Positions 43,763 to 49,562 of a stretch of DNA of 64,000 bases are shown here, piece after piece. The stretch is taken from IMG/VR virus record IMGVR_UViG_3300025875_000007, positions 1 through 64,000 of that record; one strand, given 5' to 3'. Below the pieces are notes generated by a model. That model had not been told where the DNA came from. It searched no databases and saw only the letters and a program-made list of their open reading frames with translations. Positions within the stretch are counted from its first letter, which is position 1. Each line of letters begins with the position of its first letter. Source of the stretch: a virus. The translations under genes were made by a program, and so were the position numbers.

Positions 43763-43790
43763 CTCGCGCAAAAGACATGGACCCTAATGA
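43763..43790 (+). promoter_or_regulatory. promoter-motif copy (degenerate hexamer CCTAAT)
   Basis: CTCGCG-N14-CCTAAT-GA. Confidence 0.4.
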
Positions 43791-43815
43791 AGGACCCCGA
43801 CCCAGAAGGAGAGAC

Positions 43816-44034
43816 ATGTCCAAGCAATTCAAGCGTTCCGACGCCTGCACCAAGCTCATCGAGTCCATCTACATGATCAGCTCCGGACCAGACATCACGC
43901 CCCCAGACCTCAACCGAGGCTTCCTGGAGGCGCTGACCTGCTTCGCCGCGACCATGAGTGGCCACACGAGCGTCATCGCAGGCACCGACAGCGACGGAGA
44001 AGTCGAAGACTTCATGTTCATCTTCCGCAACTAG
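43816..44034 (+). CDS. small protein (72 aa)
   Basis: GAAGGAGAGA RBS then ATG 43816 within track ORF 43777... Confidence 0.6.
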   Translation: MSKQFKRSDACTKLIESIYMISSGPDITPPDLNRGFLEALTCFAATMSGHTSVIAGTDSDGEVEDFMFIFRN

Positions 44035-44049
44035 CACCCTTCACCAAGG

Positions 44050-44077
44050 CTAGGCCCCCTCCAGGGGCTTTAGTCTT
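44050..44077 (+). terminator. conserved hairpin + TTAGTCTTT (second copy of the 48-nt repeat)
   Basis: Identical to the copy at 43733-43760. Confidence 0.5.
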
Positions 44078-44079
44078 TG

Positions 44080-44107
44080 CTCGCGTTATATTCATCTCCT
44101 ATAGTGA
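44080..44107 (+). promoter_or_regulatory. promoter-motif copy
   Basis: CTCGCG-N14-TATAGT(44100-44105)-GA. Confidence 0.55.
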
Positions 44108-44135
44108 AGACCCCCTACCCCATCAAGGAGATCCC

Positions 44136-44372
44136 ATGCACGGACCCTACGGCTTCGAGAAGACCACCCGCACGGTGGCCGACCTCCAGGAGGACGACCG
44201 ATTTTACATCGGTGGACTCATGTACAAGGTCCTCGGCGACCCGCTCACCAATTCGGTGAACGGCGAAGTCCAGGTCCGCATGTACCCCGTGTTCGTCGAC
44301 TTCCTCCCGGACATCACCGTCATGACCCTTCCCGGCCGGAACCCGATCGAGATCCACAACCAGCCCGCGTAG
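44136..44372 (+). CDS. small protein (78 aa)
   Basis: AAGGAGA RBS. Track ORF. Confidence 0.7.
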   Translation: MHGPYGFEKTTRTVADLQEDDRFYIGGLMYKVLGDPLTNSVNGEVQVRMYPVFVDFLPDITVMTLPGRNPIEIHNQPA

Positions 44373-44384
44373 ACCCTTCGAAGG

Positions 44385-44417
44385 CTAGAGCCCCCATCAC
44401 CATGGGCTTTAGTCTTT
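44385..44417 (+). terminator. conserved hairpin + TTAGTCTTT module
   Basis: AGCCC...GGGCT stem, then TTAGTCTTT ending at 44417. Confidence 0.45.
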
Positions 44418-44456
44418 GCAAATCTAAAAAATTCCCGGGGGAGGTTTTCAGTCAAA

Positions 44457-44484
44457 GTCGCGTAAAAAACACGCACTATAATGA
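44457..44484 (+). promoter_or_regulatory. promoter-motif copy
   Basis: GTCGCG-N14-TATAAT(44477-44482)-GA. Confidence 0.55.
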
Positions 44485-44511
44485 CCCGACCCATCTGATT
44501 GGAGAGCCCCC

Positions 44512-44730
44512 ATGCTCAACAAGCTCAAGAAGTCCAACCGGTACCAGTACACCTGTCCCGACGTCATCCACTACCGCAAGAACCAGTACCGGCTCGCGAT
44601 CTACTCCAACGTGTTCGCAGTCGCTACCCAGGTCCTCTTCTGGGGTGGCCTCGTCGCGATGAGCAAGCGCCTGGACCCGAAGCCGACCCTCAAGCCCGTG
44701 GAGCCCCTCAGCCCCTCCGACGCCAGCTAG
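44512..44730 (+). CDS. small membrane protein (72 aa)
   Basis: GGAGAG RBS. TM IYSNVFAVATQVLFWGGLVAM. Confidence 0.7.
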   Translation: MLNKLKKSNRYQYTCPDVIHYRKNQYRLAIYSNVFAVATQVLFWGGLVAMSKRLDPKPTLKPVEPLSPSDAS

Positions 44731-44745
44731 TCCCGTCAAGACCCC

Positions 44746-44779
44746 GAGTCTATGCCCACAAGCATAGGCTCTAGGTCTT
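44746..44779 (+). terminator. conserved hairpin + TAGGTCTT (repeat family copy B)
   Basis: The 35-nt core 44745-44779 is identical to 45953-45987 and differs by 1 nt from 43215-43249. Confidence 0.55.
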
Positions 44780-44787
44780 ACTGAAAT

Positions 44788-44815
44788 ATCGCGACATATA
44801 CATATCCTATAGTGA
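44788..44815 (+). promoter_or_regulatory. promoter-motif copy
   Basis: ATCGCG-N14-TATAGT(44808-44813)-GA. Confidence 0.55.
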
Positions 44816-44843
44816 ACGTCCATCTCTCACGAAGGAGTTTTAT

Positions 44844-44948
44844 ATGCCACGACTCATTCAGTACGTCCTCTGGACTTGGTTCTCGTGCATCCTCATGTAC
44901 GGCGGAACCATCCTGTTCGTCTTTGCGCTCGTCAGCATCATGACCTAG
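44844..44948 (+). CDS. 34-aa membrane peptide
   Basis: GAAGGAG RBS. MPRLIQYVLWTWFSCILMYGGTILFVFALVSIMT. Confidence 0.5.
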   Translation: MPRLIQYVLWTWFSCILMYGGTILFVFALVSIMT

Positions 44949-44974
44949 CTTCTACAGATCTAGTTCAAGGCTAC

Positions 44975-44998
44975 AGCCCTACACGGGCTTTAGTCTTT
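44975..44998 (+). terminator. conserved hairpin + TTAGTCTTT module
   Basis: AGCCC-TACAC-GGGCT, then TTAGTCTTT. Confidence 0.45.
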
Positions 44999-45003
44999 CG
45001 CAA

Positions 45004-45076
45004 GGGCCTATAGCTCAATTGGCAGAGCAGCGGACTTTTAATCCGCGGGTTCAGGGTTCGAGTCCCTGTGGGCCCA
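45004..45076 (+). tRNA. tRNA-Lys (anticodon UUU)
   Basis: Cloverleaf folded by hand. Acceptor GGGCCTA/TGGGCCC, D-arm AGCTCAATTGGCAGAGC, anticodon arm GCGGA-CTTTTAA-TCCGC, T-arm CAGGG-TTCGAGT-CCCTG. Confidence 0.85.
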
Positions 45077-45144
45077 CTCGCAAGGGGAGTCGTCACTAAG
45101 ATTTACCAACATGCAGTCCCCCATGATATTCTGCATGTTGGCTG

Positions 45145-45217
45145 GTCCTCATCGTCCAGTGGCCTAGGACTCCACCCTTTCAAGGTGGCTACGCGGGTTC
45201 GAATCCCGTTGAGGGCA
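45145..45217 (+). tRNA. tRNA-Glu (anticodon UUC)
   Basis: Acceptor GTCCTCA/TGAGGGC, D-arm GTCC-AGTGGCCTA-GGAC, anticodon arm CCACC-CTTTCAA-GGTGG, T-arm GCGGG-TTCGAAT-CCCGT. Confidence 0.85.
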
Positions 45218-45250
45218 CGATACATACCAACCAAAATAGGAGCGATAATT

Positions 45251-45445
45251 ATGGTTCAGATGGTTATTCAGAGGATTTCTGATAAGAAGTTTGCTTCGCT
45301 GCGCGGTTTCATGAACCACATAACGGACGCCGAATTCTTCGACGACGAAGTACATGCATTGGAAGTCATGCAAGACTACACGAAGAGCGGTACTCCATGC
45401 GAGTTGCTTTACGTCACAATCACCATGTCAAACGTAAAGGGCTAG
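45251..45445 (+). CDS. hypothetical protein (64 aa)
   Basis: TAGGAG RBS then ATG 45251. The upstream part of track ORF 45068.. overlaps both tRNAs and is rejected. Confidence 0.55.
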   Translation: MVQMVIQRISDKKFASLRGFMNHITDAEFFDDEVHALEVMQDYTKSGTPCELLYVTITMSNVKG

Positions 45446-45449
45446 TCTC

Positions 45450-45599
45450 ATGGAATCGGTTCAAATTGTAGTCACAAGACTAACGCCATCGCCAGGAGTA
45501 ACGCTTTACTCCATTCAAAACGCAGACGGTAAGGTGACGCAGGCGGAAGCGGTGGCTATACTTCGGGCAGCTGCTGATGATATGGAAAGTCGTAAATAG
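45450..45599 (+). CDS. hypothetical protein (49 aa)
   Basis: ATG 45450: MESVQIVVTRLTPSPGVTLYSIQNADGKVTQAEAVAILRAAADDMESRK. Confidence 0.4.
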   Translation: MESVQIVVTRLTPSPGVTLYSIQNADGKVTQAEAVAILRAAADDMESRK

Positions 45600-45604
45600 G
45601 ATCA

Positions 45605-45632
45605 CTCGCGAAAAAAACACGCCCTATAACGA
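45605..45632 (+). promoter_or_regulatory. promoter-motif copy
   Basis: CTCGCG-N14-TATAAC(45625-45630)-GA. Confidence 0.5.
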
Positions 45633-45661
45633 CCCTGTTCATCCGACAGATTGGAAATGTC

Positions 45662-45925
45662 ATGACCGACACCTCCGTCACCCCCACCACCGTCCCCACC
45701 GTCCCCCCGTCCCCGACGAGCGTCCCCGTGCCGCCCGCCGAGACCGAGACGGTCGCCAAGGTCGCCGGCGTCCTCGTGCGCGCGAAGGGTGGAGCCTCCA
45801 AGCTCCTCACCCGCTTCGCCGTGCCCGTCGCCACCGGTGCCCTGACCGGCCTCCTCGTCAACGCCAAGCGCAACCGCTCGGAGAACGAGGACGACGACGT
45901 GGTGGTCGACGAGTCGAACGACTAG
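45662..45925 (+). CDS. Pro/Thr-rich small protein (87 aa) with one hydrophobic segment
   Basis: Track ORF. High GC3. Confidence 0.65.
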   Translation: MTDTSVTPTTVPTVPPSPTSVPVPPAETETVAKVAGVLVRAKGGASKLLTRFAVPVATGALTGLLVNAKRNRSENEDDDVVVDESND

Positions 45926-45953
45926 TCCCATCCGCCTCAACAGATCAGGCCTC

Positions 45954-45988
45954 GAGTCTATGCCCACAAGCATAGGCTCTAGGTCTTT
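45954..45988 (+). terminator. conserved hairpin + TAGGTCTTT (repeat family copy C)
   Basis: GAGTCTATGC/GCATAGGCTC stem. Confidence 0.55.
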
Positions 45989-45991
45989 CTG

Positions 45992-46019
45992 TTCGCGATA
46001 TTTACATCGCCCATAGTGA
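45992..46019 (+). promoter_or_regulatory. promoter-motif copy
   Basis: TTCGCG-N14-CATAGT(46012-46017)-GA. Confidence 0.5.
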
Positions 46020-46140
46020 AGAAATATCCCTTACTATGGAGTGTAAGATGAGATCACTGTGTTATGTCAATAGCACCCCCGGAAGCCCTGACAAGCGGAC
46101 AAATTGTGAAACTTCTTTCCCTTTTATTTTTGGAGGAAAC

Positions 46141-46341
46141 ATGACACACGAGTATCGAGCGGCCGGAAGCATCGACCTCATGCCCCCCGCAACACTCGAA
46201 GATGTTGAAGCGTTCTGTAGAGAAGCTCGAAAGCTTGGTGTCTCTGAGAAGTCACCACTACACACAACCCGACAAGGACTAGTCGGTCCGATTGTAGGTT
46301 GGTATTTCTCAGTTCCTGTAGTACCGGCAGCTCCGCAGTAG
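46141..46341 (+). CDS. hypothetical protein (66 aa)
   Basis: TGGAGGAAAC RBS then ATG 46141. The upstream part of track ORF 46036.. is AT-rich and lacks an RBS. Confidence 0.55.
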   Translation: MTHEYRAAGSIDLMPPATLEDVEAFCREARKLGVSEKSPLHTTRQGLVGPIVGWYFSVPVVPAAPQ

Positions 46342-46369
46342 TTCGCGTAAAATACACATCCCATAGTAG
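46342..46369 (+). promoter_or_regulatory. promoter-motif copy
   Basis: TTCGCG-N14-CATAGT(46362-46367)-AG. Confidence 0.5.
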
Positions 46370-46493
46370 AGGAGTCCTGAAAAGGATCCGAGACACTAAT
46401 GTGTAGGTGAAAACCCTACCCGGAGTGGTAGCCATTAAAGATAAGGCTACTTAACGGACTGTTTTAGTTGGACAGTCACCTCCTCTATTTTTT
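46368..46493 (+). ncRNA. ~125-nt structured RNA / leader closed by a long-range stem and a U-run
   Basis: AGAGGAG (46368-46374) pairs with CTCCTCT (46480-46486), followed by ATTTTTT. Internal hairpins: GTAGCC/GGCTAC and GACTGT/ACAGTC. There is no credible ORF. Confidence 0.45.
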
Positions 46494-46515
46494 CGCCTCA
46501 ATTTAAGGGAGCTCG

Positions 46516-46719
46516 ATGGATGCACTTGCTCTAACAATCATGCAATTTTTGGACAGCGTCATTATCGTCGCTGTACTAGCGTTTGTTGTCTGGCTGGTTC
46601 TTAGCCTGACCCCGAAGCCTCGTCCCGTCTCGGGGCAAACATATCTCTACATCAAGCCGTCAGACGACGACTTCTTCGACATGATTACGGAGTTCCGCAA
46701 TGACATCCCTGGTAAGTAG
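46516..46719 (+). CDS. small membrane protein (67 aa)
   Basis: AAGGGAG RBS. TM VIIVAVLAFVVWLVLSL. Confidence 0.65.
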   Translation: MDALALTIMQFLDSVIIVAVLAFVVWLVLSLTPKPRPVSGQTYLYIKPSDDDFFDMITEFRNDIPGK

Positions 46720-47482
46720 GTTCAAGGCAATCGAGAAGCTGGCGATCGACAACTCGCCCGTTCTTCTGACCGCAATCGGTGTGGCCGGTGTCATCGGCAC
46801 TGCAATCCTGACCCACCGTGCGGCGCTCAAAACGCACCGCGTGCTCCTCGAGGTCGAGGACAACCAGCTCGCAAACAAGGAGCCATTCACGCCTCTGACT
46901 CCGAAGGAGAAGGTGAAGGCGACCTGGACGCACTACATCCCCCCGGTCGTCTCAGGCACAGCCACCATCACCGCCATCGTGCTGGCCAACCACATCAGTA
47001 CGAAGCGTGCGGCAGCCCTTGCTGTTGCGTGCACGATCTCGGAGAAGGCGTACACCGAGTACCGCGACAAGGTCGTAGAGCGATTCGGTGAAAAGGAAGA
47101 GAACCAGATCCGAAACGGTATCGCACAGGACCGGATCGATAAGGCGCCGCCCACCGAGGGCAACGTGCTCATGGTTTCTGGCGGTGATCACCTCTTCATG
47201 GAGATGTACACCGGCCGGTACTTCCGAAGCGATATCGAGACGATTCGTCGAGCCGAGAATCAGCTCAACCACAAGCTCAACACAAACGGCTACGCCACCG
47301 TGTCTGATTTCTATGACATGATCGGCCTTGCGCACACCGCCATCTCTGATGAGATTGGTTGGAACAGCGACAAGCTGATGGCTGTGGACTACCAGGCCAT
47401 CCTGAGCGAGGATGGTCAGCCGTGCGTTGCGATCAACTTCGTCACGGGTCCGGTCCGCGACTACACTCGGTTTCACGGCTAA
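46700..47482 (+). CDS. conserved phage protein with an N-terminal TM (paralog of 51245..52141)
   Basis: SPVLLTAIGVAGVIGTAILTHRAALKTH opening. C-terminal GYATVSDFYDMIGL...IGW pattern. Confidence 0.65.
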   Translation: MTSLVSRFKAIEKLAIDNSPVLLTAIGVAGVIGTAILTHRAALKTHRVLLEVEDNQLANKEPFTPLTPKEKVKATWTHYIPPVVSGTATITAIVLANHISTKRAAALAVACTISEKAYTEYRDKVVERFGEKEENQIRNGIAQDRIDKAPPTEGNVLMVSGGDHLFMEMYTGRYFRSDIETIRRAENQLNHKLNTNGYATVSDFYDMIGLAHTAISDEIGWNSDKLMAVDYQAILSEDGQPCVAINFVTGPVRDYTRFHG

Positions 47483-47534
47483 GGAACACTTCAAGCAGCT
47501 GCGCATATTCGAGCGAGGAAACGTAGTAGGCGAG

Positions 47535-47648
47535 ATGTGCGTTACTGAGGAGTGTCCTTCCTGCGGATCACGAGAGTCACGATACGCAGAGAACGATCTC
47601 ATGCAATGTGAGTACTGCCCGGCGATATTCCCGAAGCAGTTTCTGTAG
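47535..47648 (+). CDS. zinc-ribbon peptide (37 aa)
   Basis: MCVTEECPSCGSRESRYAENDLMQCEYCPAIFPKQFL has CxxC...CxxC. ATG 47535 within track ORF 47412... Confidence 0.45.
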   Translation: MCVTEECPSCGSRESRYAENDLMQCEYCPAIFPKQFL

Positions 47649-47735
47649 TACAAGGGGGTACGGCCTTAAGCGGCGTACTTAAACGACACTACTTTGTTGT
47701 GCGCCCCTCACAACCATCTCTTTAAGGAGACAAAT

Positions 47736-47924
47736 ATGCAGCCCAGCCTGTTCACCTACCAGACCTCGATCGACGAGCCGCCGCACCCCGACCCCAACGT
47801 TGTGGCACGCCTCGTGGAGGCGGAGCTGAGCGACTGCGAGTTCGGCTGCAAGATCTACCAGGACACCCGTAACTCGAACGTCCGTATCCTCGTCCACAGC
47901 GCGGTCTACGGCTGCCGCAAGTAG
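47736..47924 (+). CDS. small protein (62 aa), tandem paralog 1
   Basis: AAGGAGA RBS. LFTYQTSIDEPPHPDPNVVARLVEAELSDCEFGCKIYQD. Confidence 0.6.
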   Translation: MQPSLFTYQTSIDEPPHPDPNVVARLVEAELSDCEFGCKIYQDTRNSNVRILVHSAVYGCRK

Positions 47925-47934
47925 GAGTCTAATT

Positions 47935-48117
47935 ATGTCGGACAAGCTGTTTACGTACACGATCAGACAAGACCAGCTCGACAAGCACCCGGATCAGGCG
48001 GTTGTCAAGCGCTTGGTAGAAGCGTCTGCAAGTGACTGCACGGACGCCTGCAAGATCTACAAGGACCCTCAGACCACTTTGCGATTGCTGGTACACCGAT
48101 GCCCCCCAGCCGACTAA
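47935..48117 (+). CDS. small protein (60 aa), tandem paralog 2
   Basis: LFTYTIRQDQLDKHPDQAVVKRLVEASASDCTDACKIYKD aligns with the preceding gene. Confidence 0.6.
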   Translation: MSDKLFTYTIRQDQLDKHPDQAVVKRLVEASASDCTDACKIYKDPQTTLRLLVHRCPPAD

Positions 48118-48317
48118 CGCCCAGAAGCATTGCTGTAACATGCCGTAGATGCGGTAAATTCAAAAGGCGCGAGACAACAGTGCTCGATCGATACAATAAT
48201 CGATACTGCTTGGATTGCGCCATTGCCGTTGAACTGTGTGAGCTTTGCGGATCTACGAATCTCGACGACATATCCATGTACGGCCAACTCCACTACGACG
48301 ATTGGTGCTTAAAATAA
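48099..48317 (+). CDS. Cys-rich zinc-finger-like protein (72 aa)
   Basis: CRRCG...CLDC...CELCG give three CxxC pairs. Confidence 0.55.
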   Translation: MPPSRLTPRSIAVTCRRCGKFKRRETTVLDRYNNRYCLDCAIAVELCELCGSTNLDDISMYGQLHYDDWCLK

Positions 48318-48484
48318 TGCACAAGTTCATCAACGAGGTCCAGAAGGGCAACGTCATCATCGACGGCAGCAACCGTACTACGGTCTACAAGGTCGAGCCC
48401 TGCCCGTCTTCCAAGGGCACCAAGACTCACATCAACGGCAAGGACTGCTGGGAGAACTTCTCCGAAGTCCGAGTCCAGGACTAA
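48317..48484 (+). CDS. hypothetical protein (55 aa)
   Basis: The ATG overlaps the upstream TAA. It lies within track ORF 48245... Confidence 0.45.
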   Translation: MHKFINEVQKGNVIIDGSNRTTVYKVEPCPSSKGTKTHINGKDCWENFSEVRVQD

Positions 48485-48519
48485 TCCAGTTCCACATCCA
48501 AATTTTGAAGGAGCTAAAT

Positions 48520-48831
48520 ATGGCAACCAAAGAAGAAATCGACATCTTCACGCGAGTCAGCCAAAGGATCGAGCAGCAGGACGCTAGCCCCAGCGATTTT
48601 GCGAAGCGCGCCTATATTCGGGAGCTCAACGAGGGGCTCTACGAGATTGCTCTGTATGGACCGTTCTCGGATGAAGAGGTCGGCGGGCTCCTTAACGACG
48701 CCTTCGCTGACGCCATGGCGAGCGGAGGCGCAGACATCGAGGAAGTTCGTCTCACGGACGAAGACGCCTCCAAGCACTACATCAACCCACGCGAGTTCTG
48801 GATGAGACAGCTCGCAACACTTACGGAGTGA
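48520..48831 (+). CDS. hypothetical acidic protein (103 aa)
   Basis: GAAGGAG RBS then ATG 48520. Confidence 0.6.
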   Translation: MATKEEIDIFTRVSQRIEQQDASPSDFAKRAYIRELNEGLYEIALYGPFSDEEVGGLLNDAFADAMASGGADIEEVRLTDEDASKHYINPREFWMRQLATLTE

Positions 48832-48832
48832 A

Positions 48833-49438
48833 ATGATCACGAAGACCATCACGTTCGAGGACTTCAACGGTAAGACTCTTACCGAGGAGTTCTGCTTCCA
48901 CCTCTCTGAGGACAAGGTCATTGAGATGGAGCTGAGCAAGAAGGGCGGTCTTACTGAGTACATCAAGCGGATCGTTGCCGAGGAGGACGGTGAGAAGCTG
49001 GTTGCCATCTTCAAGGACCTCCTGACAAAGACCGTCGGTAAGAAGTCTCCGGATGGTCGTAAGTTCATCCAAAACCAGGAGATCACTGACGACTTCGTTC
49101 AGACCCCTGCATATTCCAAGCTCTTTGTTGAACTGTCTACGGATGCGGGCCAGGCTGCGGCATTCATCAACGGTGTTGTTCCCGCTTCGATGCAGGCGGA
49201 GATCAAGAAGAAGCAGCAGGCTGTTACTGATCTTCCGTCTGTCGAGGGTGCTGTTGCGCTCGCGCAGGATGCTCAGGCGTCTACCCCGCTCTCGCAGCAG
49301 GACGAGTTCGAGGAGAAGATGAAGGACCCGGATTGGGTTCCGACACAGAAGGACCTACAGAACATGTCTCCGGCACAGATCGCAGCCGCCTTCCAACGCA
49401 AGCAGGCTCAGACCGAGCGAGCTCAGAGCACTCCGTAG
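48833..49438 (+). CDS. conserved phage protein (201 aa), function unknown
   Basis: Track ORF, tightly coupled to the upstream gene. Confidence 0.65.
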   Translation: MITKTITFEDFNGKTLTEEFCFHLSEDKVIEMELSKKGGLTEYIKRIVAEEDGEKLVAIFKDLLTKTVGKKSPDGRKFIQNQEITDDFVQTPAYSKLFVELSTDAGQAAAFINGVVPASMQAEIKKKQQAVTDLPSVEGAVALAQDAQASTPLSQQDEFEEKMKDPDWVPTQKDLQNMSPAQIAAAFQRKQAQTERAQSTP

Positions 49439-49466
49439 TTCGCGTAAAATACACGGGCCATAGTGA
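49439..49466 (+). promoter_or_regulatory. promoter-motif copy
   Basis: TTCGCG-N14-CATAGT(49459-49464)-GA, starting 1 nt after the upstream stop. Confidence 0.5.
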
Positions 49467-49562
49467 GACCACTCAAAAGCCCGAAAGGGATTCATAGGAG
49501 CAATACCTCTAAAGCGCGAAAGCGAATCACAGGAGCAATACCTACGTGGTCTCTATTTTTTT
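49465..49562 (+). ncRNA. ~100-nt structured RNA with two 35-nt-period direct repeats, closed by an 8-bp stem + U7
   Basis: GAGACCAC (49465-49472) pairs with GTGGTCTC (49546-49553), then TATTTTTTT. Repeat units at 49476-49508 and 49511-49543 each hold a GAAA-tetraloop hairpin plus AGGAGCAATACCT. One base pair covaries between units (CCC/GGG vs CGC/GCG). Confidence 0.55.

Noticed and set aside
44100-44108. CTATAGTGA in several motif copies is the reverse complement of TCACTATAG from the T7 promoter.
   Set aside because: The orientation is opposite to the direction of the downstream genes and the match is only 9 nt. I treat it as coincidence. No T7-like single-subunit (Pol I-type) RNAP gene is present.
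45068-45250. N-terminal part of track ORF 45068..45445.
   Set aside because: It overlaps the 3' end of tRNA-Lys and all of tRNA-Glu. The real gene most likely starts at ATG 45251, behind an AGGAG RBS.
42376-45988. Possible CRISPR array, because of regularly spaced repeats.
   Set aside because: The repeats are heterogeneous hairpin and promoter modules. The spacers are 100-300 nt and contain RBS-led ORFs. No cas genes are present. This is not CRISPR architecture.
48833-49438. Resemblance of gp48833 to tail assembly chaperone-type proteins.
   Set aside because: This rests only on a vague pattern memory (N-terminal FEDFNGK...F.L...E.E). Its location in the non-structural arm argues against the call, so I left it as hypothetical.
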